A stretch of DNA of 64,000 nt from Eutreptiella sp. 'Long Island Sound 2002' (taxonomy: Eukaryota > Protista > Euglenida), in the NCBI GenBank assembly GCA_964036045.1, contig OZ038378.1:188294001-188358000 (forward strand), read 5' to 3'. The position numbers and the translations under genes were made by a program. Each line of letters begins with the position of its first letter. Positions within the stretch are counted from its first letter, which is position 1. The notes below the pieces were generated by a model. It was given only the letters and a program-made list of their open reading frames with translations, had not been told where the DNA came from and made no database searches. Positions 47,001 through 59,000 of this stretch are shown here, one piece after another.

Positions 47001-50000
47001 ATCCCTATTGCTTCTCCCTCTCCCTCCCCCACCCTGACCATTTCGTCCTCCCGCTGTAATTGGATGTTGCTCTTCTGCATCCATCCGCGGGCCCGGGATA
47101 TGTTAGGCCTCATGCTGGCCTCCACAAAACGGTTCAACCCATTCTAGGCCTTGACAAGGAGGCAAGGGCCATTTTTGCCCCATGTTGGTATGTCACAGGG
47201 GGCTACCCAGTTTGACCCATGCTGTCAAACCCACTTTTCACCACACTTTCAGCAAGCTGATGCCACCCCAATGTCTTCGCGGCAAAAACGGAAGCATTTT
47301 TCCACGTCCCAACGCGTGCACACATAGTTGAAATCCATTCCAGCCAGTGGGCCAGCCAAGGGCCATTCTTGCACCATAAAGGTACATCGCGCAGGGTAAC
47401 CCAATTTGACCATAATTTCCACCCACATTTTTAACAAAGCTGATTTCCCCCAAATTTTGTTCACAGTGAAAACGGAAAAATTTTTGCGTGTCGACCACTG
47501 TGCTATCAGAGTGCCCCCCCTTGGGTGGTTGGCGGTTATTTGACGGCGGTTGGCGATTACCTGACCACGGTCCACGGTGAACCCGCCGGTGCACAAGATG
47601 CAGGGGCGTCCTTGGAACAAAAAAAAGAAAAGCAAGGCTGCTAAAGGACCCCCTGGCCCCATGTACACACGATGATCAGACCAGGGGGCCGCCATGGATG
47701 GTCCACGACACAGTGCTCTACAGGTAAGCGCCTCTAGTTGGCGGCAGCGGTCTCAAGCAAGGAAGGGGAGGTTCTCAGCCTGCTGCCGAGGTCAAGGAAT
47801 TCACGGCCAGGACCACCTTCACTGGCCTTTGGCTCTTGCAGTGTTACTTGGAGATCCTTGAAAATTAGGAAAGCAAACTGCTGGTGCGCTTTTGGGGCAC
47901 TGCAGCACGGGGAGCCGTAGCAAACCATGGTTTTGACCCGTTTTTGAGCCATTTGTGGTCCCAAAGTGGCCCATTTTCAAGGCCTTTTCAGCCTTGAGAG
48001 GGGCCAAAATTGCTCAACATGGGCTCAAAATGGACTCATTCCACTTGTTTGTGCACCCCAAATAGTCCAAAGGTATCTTTGGAAATACACATTTTGATCC
48101 ATTTTTGACTGATTTTTCGTCCCAAAACAGCCCTTTTTCAAGGCATTTTGTGACTGTGGAGTGGCCAAAATGGCTTGCAATGGGCTCAAAAAGGGCTCAT
48201 TTCACTTGTTTAGGCACCCCAAATGGTCTAGGATCATTTTTGGAAAAACCTATTTTTGACCCATTTTTGACCCATTTTTGACCCATTTTTGGTGGCAAAA
48301 CAACCTATTTTCAAGGCATTTTGTGACTTTGGAGGGGCCAAAATGGCTTGCAGTGGGCTCAAAAAGGGCTCATTTCACTTGTTTAGGCACCCCAAATGGT
48401 CTAGGATCATTTTTGGAAAAACCTATTTTTGACCCATTTTTGACCCATTTTTGGTCGCAAAACAGCCCATTTTCAAGGCATTGTGGGATTTTAGGAGGGC
48501 CACAACAGGCCACAACGAGCTCAAAACGCACCAAAAACACTTGTTTTGGCATTCCATGTGGTCCAGGATCATTTTTGGAAAAAAGTCTTTTTTTTTTGCA
48601 CCCGGTGGACCTTGTTGACCCATTTTGGCACCCACCTCTTTGGGTTACCTCTTGCGGCTTGCCGCAGCCCACTAGGCCTAGGTGCGGGGGTCTCGGCGTC
48701 GGTTAGGGCAATTTTGAGGGGTGGAAACCACCAAAAGTGAGTGGTTGCGGGTGGATTAGGTGCGCTCGAAATTGCATTTTGAGCCACGTCGCCCAAAATA
48801 TGGTCTGTTTTTGGTTTGGGGCCGTCGGCGGCGAATGTGCACAAATTCTGGGGCTTTCGGGGGCCTTTTGGGGGCGGTTCGCGGACATATTGTGGAGTTA
48901 GAGGGCCCTAGAGGGCCTTTGGCACGGGGAAGTCTAGCTGCATATGTAGAGTGGCCACTATTTCTTTTCATTTGGCCAATTTCAGCAGGTTCTAGGGTGG
49001 TTTTGGGCAAAAAAAATTTTGGCCCTAAATTGCACATTTTGAAATGGAGGTCCGGCACTTCCCGGCCGCCACCGTTGAGTTTCTTGCTCATACTTTGTGT
49101 GGTTGTCCCTCACACCCATAGATACCATCCACCAAAATTTTGGCCGAATCCGAAGCACCACGACGGAGTTGTGATTTTTCCCCCTTTCGCGCGTGCTTGC
49201 TGCTTGCTTGCTGCTTGCTTGCTGCTTGCTGCTTGCTTGCTAAACCTAGTGGGTCCACCCTAGACACGAAAGAGGGTTATAAAACCAAGACTAGTTCCAC
49301 CAACTTGGTGACCCTAATCAAGACTGAATATTGGGACCGAGCTGGTGGGGGAGGGAACATCAGCTATGACTAGTGAGGGACATCAAGAATGATTTACACA
49401 TTGATGGCTCTTGACAAAGTGGAATCAGCCTGCAAGTGAACCCCATCACCACAAGGCCCACTTTCAAGGCTTTTTGGACTTCTAAGGGGCCAAAATGCCC
49501 CAAAATGGGCTCAAAATGGGCTCATTTCACCCGTTTGTGCACCCCAAATGGTCTAGGATGAGGTTTGGAAAAATGCGTTTTTGACCCATTTTTGACCCAT
49601 TTTTGGTCACAACACAGCCCACTGTCAAGGCATTTTGGGATTTTCGGAGGACCAAAATGGGCCACCACAAGCTCAAAACGGTCCAAAAACACTTGTTTTA
49701 GCGTCGCACATGGTCGAGGATCATTTTTGAGAAAAGTCATCTTTTTGCCCCTACTGGACCCTGTTGACCCATTTGGGCACCCACCTGTTTGGGCTTGAGC
49801 TTGCAGCTTGCCGCAGCCTAGTGGGCCTAGGTATTGGGGTCTAGGCGTCCGTTTGGGTAATTCTGAGGGGTGGAAACCACAAAAAGTGGGGGGTTGTTGG
49901 TGGAGTAGGTGCCCTCGGAATCGCATTTTGAGCCATGTAGCCAAATATATGGCCTGTTCTTGGTTTGTGGCTGTCGGCATTTGGAGCTTCTGGGGGCCTT

Positions 50001-53000
50001 TTTGGGCCGTTTCGTGGACATATCATGGAGTTAGAGGGCCGCAAAGAGCTCGTTGACACGGGGAAGTCAAGCCGCACGTGGAGTGTACCCACCGTTCCCC
50101 TTCGTTTGGCCGTTTTGAATGTGTTCCAGGGCTTTTTTAGTCCAAAATTGGCTATTTTTGGCCCTAAACTACAGTTTTTGAAATTGAGGTCCGCGACTTG
50201 GGAATCCCGTTCCCGGCCGCCACCGTTGAGTTTCTGGCTCAAACTTTGTGTGATTGTACTTCACACCCATAGGTATCATCCACCAAAATTTCAGCCGAAT
50301 TTGAAGCACCACGACAGAATTCTGATTTTTACCCATTTCGCGCGTGCTGCTTGCTTGCTGCTGCTGCTAAACCTAGTAGGTCCACCCTAGACACTAAAAA
50401 GGGTTATAAAACCAAGACTGGTTCCACCAGCTCGGTGACCCTAACCCTAATCCTAGGGCGAACCCTAGGGCTAATCAAGACTGAATATTGGGACCGAGCT
50501 GGTGGGGGAGGGAACATCAGCTATGACTGGTGAGGGACATCAAGAATGATTCACACATTGATGGCTCTTGACAAAGTGAAATCAGCTTGCAAGTGAACCC
50601 CATCACCACAAGGCCCACTTTCAAGGCTTTTTGGACTTCTGAGGGGCCAAAATGCCCCAAAATGGGCTCAAAATGGGCTCATTTCACCCGTTTGTGCACC
50701 CCAAATGGTCTAGGATGAGGTTTGGAAAAACGCATTCTTGGCCCTAAACTGCAGTTTTTGAAACTGAGGTCCGCCACTTGCGAATCCCGTTCCCGGCCGC
50801 CACCGCTGAGTTTCTTGCTCAAACTTTGCGTGATTGTACTTCACACCCACAGGTATCATCCACCAAAATTTCACCTGAATCTGAAGCACCACGACGGAGT
50901 TCTGATTTTTCCCCATTTCGCGTGTGCTGCTGCTTGCTGCTTGCTTGCTTGTTGCTAAACCTGGTAGGTCCACCCTGGACACTAAAAAGGGTTATAAAAC
51001 CAAGACTGGTTCCACCAGCTCGGTGACCTTAACCCTAACCCTAACCCCCCCCCTCACCCCTGGCTGGACGCCCCCCTGACCCCCGACCAGACCCCACCCC
51101 CCCGGCAGGAACCCCCCCCCCCAAGTTTTGAAAGATAGTTGGGGGGTGGGTCGCATCAGGACCGGTTGTAGTCGCCCCCCCCCCCCCCCCGTGGTCTGGG
51201 GCTGGATCAATGTATCCCAAGCGCCTGAACACTACTGGCACATTGATTGCAGTGGCCTTGGAATGAGCTGTGTAAATGTGCTTGCAGAATACTGCACGTC
51301 CTGCTGAAGCACTTTACTCAGCCTTCAATACACAAGCAACATCTTTGTCAACAGCTCGGGAAAACTGCATAAGACCGCCAGGAATGACAGCAACCTGCTG
51401 CAGAAGACCCCTGAAGTAGTACAAAACTTTCTTTGAAATGTGAGAGGAGGCGCTGTCCATCACAACGCAGGCAGTTGCATGGTGCAAGCCGTGATATTGC
51501 AGCTGGGTCGCAATGTCTTGGGCCAAACGGTTCATGAACTTACAATTAATGACACAGAGCCATTCACCTCAAAGAGCAGGCCATGTGGGTTTTCAACCAC
51601 GACCTTGCTTGGACGCTTTGACCCAGAGCGAATGAGAATGGCACGCTTCATGAACACTATTTCCCATGAACCGTCAGGCATCCTCCTTCAACAAATAGTA
51701 GCAATTGCAGTCCCAAAGCATTTCAAATGCTCTGCCTTCATGTTGGCATTTACGGAGTCCATGCCCTGAAACTCGAACTGAACAATGAATTTGCAGCCGG
51801 CAGAGGAAAGATGTACCGGTGGAACTTCTGCAAGCGGGACTCCACCTCAGCATGTTCCGTAGCACAGCGACTTCGATGTATCGCAAGACAATCCCACAAC
51901 AATGGCGCCAGCATTGTCCTCACTTCTTATTGATTTTCTGTCGGTTGGGGCCATCAGCCAATTCAGTGGCTGTTGAGAAGTGCTGGAAGGTGGACCACAA
52001 ACCTTTGAGCACGGCGTTCTCGGAACCACGTTTCAAGCTGGCACGCAACACCAAACATGGCCTCCTTCCATCCCCCATCACGCACTCGTTTTTGTACCCC
52101 TACCAGCAGTTGGCATTGCTCGCACACTGTCACACCAGCGGGTCTGTTTGGTGCAGGTTTGTATTGTTGTTGATAGTGCCTATGCTGGTTACTGGCCTCG
52201 CATGTTTGCGCACCGTGCTTTGGTGTCCCCCTCAGCCTGCCTGCCCCCCCCCCCCCCGTGCACAGTCAAGTCCTCTACATCCAATGTCGTTTCCCAGCAC
52301 CCAGACTTCTCCGTAGGCGCAGTTGGGGGATCAGTAGCTGGCGAGTAGGAGGGCAGTAGGAGGCGGAAGGTCTGTGGTGCCCCGCACAGTGGGTGCAGCA
52401 AAGGAGAGGGGGTGCCATTGCCTGCTGCGCACATGTGGCAGGGAGTACTACGAGAAGAAAACGCTCATTCTCCAGCAGCAGCTCAGCAAGGCCAACAAGT
52501 GGCAACAGACCGCGTTGCAAGTGAAGCGCAGAGGACAGAAACTCAGGGATCGCATGGAGGTGTCCGCCCCTGTGTTTGCGCGCCATTCAGGATTTCTGCT
52601 GCCCCCAGCGGCGATTGCAATCGCCTGGTGGGCTGCACGACTTACGCCCATTCCGGTGGGGGGGGGGGGGTTGCCGGTCCCGGGACGCGAAGTCCCCCCC
52701 CCCCAAAGGGGGGCGCCCGGCCACAGTCAGTTAACAAAGGTCCCGGCCTGAGGAGGCCACAGGGGCCCGCAGCTGCCTACAGCACCTCATTGCTCGCCAC
52801 TTTGGGCTCCAATGCCTCCCCCACTTTGGGGACCCCGGAGACGGCAGGGGTGATGTAGCCCCCCCCCCCCCCCGCGCGAAAAAAAAGGGGGCCTCCGACC
52901 AACAGTCAGTTCGGGGGGGGGGGACTTGGCGTCATAACCGAGGAGTCCCCCCCACCTTCACTCCCACCTTCACCCCTGCGACGCCCATTTTACTGCTGGG

Positions 53001-56000
53001 GAGCGTCAGTCGTAGGTTATGACACCGGGTGCATTTATAGGTCTGTTTTTTTTCGTGTCTTTGTGGTCGACAGATGAAGGTCGACAGCGGCTTGACAGGT
53101 TGACCGCTCCTCAGCATCATGAAGTCCAACCCATAGAGGGTGTTGTAAATGCAATGTGCGCTTGCGGTCTTCAGCCAGCCTCATTTCTTGGCAGTAATCC
53201 CGCACACCCACTTCCCAGTGCTTCGCCAGCTCCGGAGTCACCACACACTTTACTGCCTTTTTTGCACTGGAGGCGTACCTGCGAATCAAAACACGGGATG
53301 CCCCATTACTGGAATTGTGTTGCTCGTTGCGCATTGCGTAGGGAAGAGGCCGCTGGACGGCGTCGCTTGGTCACATCGCGTTGTCATTTGGCATGCATTT
53401 CATTTCCGATTGAGTGAGTCGAGTGCTCAAAGGTGATTCGGTCGGGCCTTCCTCCGTGGCTTATCTGGTCCTGGCCGCAGGTGTGGAAACACTTTCCGCC
53501 TTTGGTTGGCTGTTCATCGGCGGTCAATCAGCAGTCGCCATGTCCCACTGGGCCTGGGTGGCTGGCCCTCGGTGATGTTCTGTGGGGCACGCAGGACTCC
53601 CATCCGGAATTCGGGGGCTGGGGCCCTGGGAATGCGGCTTTGGTAATGGGAATTCCCGCCGGGAATTCCATGTGGGGAAGTCCCAGCCACAGGAATGCCC
53701 CATTGGGCCCTCAAAACAGGGCCATGAGATCGCCCCGCAAAGCACAGGTACCCAAGACCTGAAGCCTCAGGGCCATGTTGTCGGCTCAGACCTGACCCTG
53801 AGCCTTGTTTTTGGATTCCGTCGCCACTGGTCACGGAGGGTGCGGGGGTGGGGGGGTGGGGGAGTCGTATTGTTGCGTGGCTCACGCGTCAAAGCTGGAC
53901 ACAGGGCGTGCACATTGATCCCCGGATCACTGCACCCACCGCAAGAGACAGGGCGCAAACTTCTGCCCTTGGCATGGACATGGACATGCCCAAATCTCCT
54001 GCCGGCGATTGTACCCTTGGAATACCCTTGGATTGGAATGGACCCTTCACGAATGCCCCTTCGGCGGGATATTCCACATGGCAAACCAAATCAACAGAGA
54101 TATGTGGGTGGGTGTATGCGTGCCTGACGCCGGGTCCTTCAGCATTGACCCCCCCCCCCCTCCCCGGTGCCTACTTCCTCAGCCTTTATGGCAACCCCAC
54201 TTATGTTGCAACACGTGGTGGTCCGCAACCCCCTGGCCCTGTGTGACATTTCCCACTTCAGTTGTGGTGGTGAGTGCCCCCCAAGTCAGCTGTCTTGGCA
54301 CGGACGTGGCATGCCGGCGCCGGCGTGGGTGCGACGCCAAGGGCCGGAAGCAAGCTAGTGCAGCCGCAGCATGCCGCAGCATGCCGCAGCACCCTTTTTT
54401 TTGGAGCTGCACATGGGGGTTTTGAAGCATGCCGCAGCATGCCGCAGCATGCCGCAGCGAGCCAAAATTTTCACATGGCGGACTTTTTTTTTCATAACAT
54501 GTCAAACCTGTGAACCGTGTGTTGCACAGATGCCTCAGAACTGGATGGTAGCTCAGTGGTCTACATACCCAGTTTCCACGTTCCAGGGTCCTGGGTTCAA
54601 TTCCTGGAAAGTTCAATGTTTTGCCTGTCAGTTCCTCTCTATTGTTGCACAGATCTTCGCTTTTTTGGTGTATTGGGAAGGTATTGGGGACCACATCAGC
54701 CTTTCTGCCTTGTCTGTCTGCTCCCATAGAAGTGTAGGTACCCACATGTGCAGGCAGAAGCATGCCGCAGCATGCCGCAGCACAAGAAATTTTTCCGAGG
54801 GACCGCACTAGCTTGGCCGGAAGCAGCAACTGTCCCCCTCTCACCAACCCAAAGTGCATTTCCCAGCCGGCTGTGGGCATACAATGCAGACAATTTCCTC
54901 TTGAACTCACACCAATGCGTACAACCGCGCGTGCCAACCGGCCACTTGCTCACCCCCCCCCCCCCCCATACACACTGTCCCCTCCCTGACGATTCCAGCC
55001 CTGATGCCCCCCCACTCCCGACCCATCCCCTGGTTGATTTGTGATTGTCCCTCCTCCAGACAATCAGGCCCCCAATCGATCCCACGCGGTGCTGCCGTGT
55101 GCCTCACTCTCAGGATGTGACGAATGGCGTGCGGACCATCATCGACACGACCCTTGAGCTCATTCACAAAGATGTGGAGACTGCCTTTGAGAACGCCGAT
55201 GTTGCCACGTGGGTGCAACACGTATCATGTCGCAGGCCCCACATTTCTGATACTATACTCAAGGTGTGCCTCGTGGTGGACCGCAGAACGTCTGCATCTG
55301 GGTCATTGAAGGGGGGGGGGGGCGGGGTTGCGCTTGAAGGAGGGGAGGGGCACGCCCTCCCCTTTTTTGAAGTGCCGATCAGCCCTGCCAACCGCTTCTG
55401 TCAGCCCCCAAACGGCCCTCCAACCGATTTGTACCCGCCAGAAACTGCCTCCCAGACGCTGTTCCAACCGCCGGTAACCGCTTTTGTAACCACTCTTGAT
55501 AAACCCCTTCTCCTCGCACATGCCTGGTATGCGAGCACCCCCCCCCCCCCGCTCCACATACCATGCAGCGCTCTCTGGCAAATACGCGAGGCTGCAGGCC
55601 GCAGGTGCGCTTCCCCTGCGGTACCTGCTGCGAGCCCGTGGCAATCCGCATGCGGCGGCCCGGCATCACTGCCATGACGCCATTCCCTGGCCTTACGTGG
55701 GCGCTTCTACGACCACGATCCCGGGTCCGGAGAACCAGGGCAATGGGCTCACTGGGGAGCACGTCCACGTGCAGTGGAGCAGACAAGACACGGTCAGCGA
55801 AAGACAGAGACGTGGCCACAGAGGACAACTCCAGCAAGATCTACTCCAGGCGGGTCTGAAGGCGTCACATGCCGGCCAGAGTTACAACACAGCACAACAC
55901 AAAGCAAAGCAATGAACCACGCTGCTGCGCTATCTTTGAGGGCGAACCCCTTGTAGCCCATGGCAGACACTGTTTGCTTTGTGTTGTTGGTGTTGTGTTG

Positions 56001-59000
56001 TGTTGCGTGGTGTTGTTTAGTGTGGTGTGGTGTGGTGTGGTGTGGTGTGGTGTGGTGTGGTGTGGTGTGGTGTGGTGTGGTGTGGTGTGGTGTGGTGTGG
56101 TGTGGTGTGGTGTGGTGTGGTGTGGTGTGGTGTGGTGTGGTGTGGTGTGGTGTGGTGTGGTGTGGTGTGGTGTGGTGTGGTGTGGTGTGGTGTGGTGTGG
56201 TGTGGTGTGGTGTGGTGTGGTGCCGTGCCGTGCCGTGCCATGCCATGCCGTGCCGTGCCGTGCCGTGCCGTGCCGTGCCGTGCCGTGCCGTGTCGTGTGT
56301 CGTGTGTTGTGTGTCGTGTGGTGTCGTGTCGTGTCGTGTCGTGTCGTGTTGTGTTGTGTTATGTTGTGTTGTGTTGTGTTGTGTTGTGTTGTGTTGTGTT
56401 GTGTTGTGTTGTGTTGTGTTGTGTTGTGTTGTGTTGTGTTGTGTTGTGTTGTGTTGTGTTGTGTTGTGTTGTGTTGTGTTGTGTTGTGTTGTGTTGTGTT
56501 GTGTTGTGTTGTGTTGTGTTGTGTTGTGTTGTGTTGTGTTGTGTTGTTGTGTTGTGTTGTGTTGTGTCGTGGGGTTGTGTTGGGTTGGGTTGGGTTGGGT
56601 TGGGTTGCTTTGCGTTGTCACCCGGGGCAACACGCAAGGCAATCAACTCGGGGCATCGAGCTCTATGATAAGACGAACGTGTGTCAGGGACGCCGTACCT
56701 TGCACGGCGGTCAAAGATCACTCGTCGTCCATGACAACTGCACCTTTGAGTTGGAGAAGCGCAGTCGTTTCCACAAATGCCTCCGCCTCATTAGGCGAGT
56801 GAGACAGCGGCCGCCGAACTGCGGCAGGCTCTCACTGACGCACAAGAGCTGCACCCGGAGGTCCCACATGAGGAGGACGGACCGGCTTCTTCAGAGTGCG
56901 CCGCTCAGCATCCAACGGATGTGCAACGCAGACTGTGGAAAGTGGACGTCGCGTGCACCGAAGCCGCGCAGTACATTCAGCAGCTGAGCAAATATGCAGT
57001 AGACAAAATCCAAAAGGTCTACTCTGTCCAGCCTGAGCCCAATGCCCTGCCTCTTCCCTTGCACCCGCAGGGCCATAGAACACGCTGGACAGGTGGCGTG
57101 TCGGGCCGGATCCGACACCCCGTCTCGCCCCTGTCGAACCCCCAAACCTATGCCAATGGGGAGGAGCAATCGAAGACACAGACAGGCACTGGTCAGAGAC
57201 TGAATCGCGTCAGGCCGACAAGATGGTCCAAACAGAAGCGGCATGGGACCGTCTGGCGACGAGGGGCCTTTCTGCCGGGGGACAGTGAGGGATGAAGACC
57301 GTGATTCCGTTCCACCGTCGGCCGGCCATGTACACTTGCTACTGGCACCCTGGACCAGGTCCGAGGCCGTCACGCAAACAGAACCCCTGCCCATCTGCCC
57401 GCCCCCCCCCCCCCCTAAATGCTTATCACTTGATCTTGGAATCAAGGCACTTCAGGAGCAAGTTGCTGCCCCAAACAAGAGGATGCGCGCCTTCTTATGT
57501 ATTCGCGACTTCTTATTTGGCGTGTCTTCTTCTTTTGACCGCATCCCCCTTGATACCCAGACGTGTTTTGTTTCGGGCCTTTGACACTACTTTCCAATCC
57601 CTTTTGTACCAGCTCCACATGACACACATCATGGAAACATCTGATGCATTTGTTGTTGATGTTGATGAAGCACAGCAGCATGATGGACTTGTTGTGCAAG
57701 TGAACAGACGCAACACTTTCGCGCTTGGGAGACACAATCAATGCATTCTTCTTTTGCTTTTAAGGAAGGGATGGTGCTGGGGCCCTGTGCGTCTTCAAGA
57801 AGATGTGTTCGTCTTCTTATTGTGGCTGCGTCTTCTCAAACGGGGGGGGGGGGGGGCTGGTTTATTGCAACGCAACCCACGGAGTCACACACGAAAGGTT
57901 TCAGGGTATCGCAAGTGCCTGGAGGTCCCATCTCCATGCTGTTGGGAGGAGGAACAAATGTTCCGTTGGGAGGAGGAACAAATGTTCCGTTGGGAGGAGG
58001 AACAAATGTTCCGTTGGGAGGAGGAACAAATATTCATTTGCTATTTGGGGGCGCGGGGGGGGGGGGGGACCTGAGGGATGGGAGAAGGTACAGGTGCTCC
58101 AACTTTCATGGTTCATGCCCTGCCACCCTGGGGAGAGATGGGGGTGTCTGCTTCCAAGGGACAACCTGCTAATAGTAGAGTTGGTTTTCCATGCAGGCAG
58201 ACGTAGCGCAAGGTATAACCGCTCGCCTGTTCACTGGAGCGTGCATGGGGAGAATCCCCTGCGGCTCGCTCTCTTGACAGCTTGAGTCGGAAATGCTTTA
58301 CTTGGAATCCGAAAGGTCGCAGCTGCAGCAAAAGCAGGAGCAGCTTGCACTGAAGCTGGAGCAACACCAGGAAGGTACTCGACTGTACGAGGAGGAGCTC
58401 GTACAATGCAGGAGCAAACTGGCTACGCTGACCCGGAAGTTGCGATATTGTAATGGGGGAGACATGCCCAATCTTGAAGTGGCCGAGGTACTTTTCTGTC
58501 GCAAATCACGTGCTTGGGTTAGGATCCACCGTGCGTAGTTGATGCCTGCTTTGCACGTCTCTGAACTAGTGATGCATCACATGGGCTCGGATCCAGTGTG
58601 CTATAAGACATGAACGACGCAGTGTGGCGCAAATATCATGCCCAATATTTGCCTGCCGGTGGTGCGTGGCTGGGTCTGAGCCCCAAAAAGATTCGTGCAC
58701 CTAATATCAGCCTCAAATTTCCAGCGTTTGTGGCAGATCGTCAGCTTCTCCTTTTTACTTTGCTTGCCAAAATGGGATGTGGGGAGCAACCCCGAGGCCA
58801 CGGTAGGACTTGCATTCCGCACAGAGTAAGTGAATTGCACAAGACCATCAATGTGGATGAACAAAGGATGTGCAGTGGGCCAAAGCTGGAGGGCAATTTC
58901 GGGCTTCCCCCACCAGCCCTGTACAGTACAGTGCAGAGTCCAATCAGCAGCCGCATAAACGGTCCTGGGGCAGGCAGTTTGTGTACCATGTAACGTCCTT

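Noticed and set aside
55775-55853. Additional exon of the coiled-coil gene
   Set aside because: Phase-compatible only with a GC donor and a weak acceptor. The direct 55208-56932 splice reads well without it.
55794-56987. Long ORFs (213-372 aa) of VVWCG/TTQHN repeats
   Set aside because: These are stop-free translations of a pentamer microsatellite.
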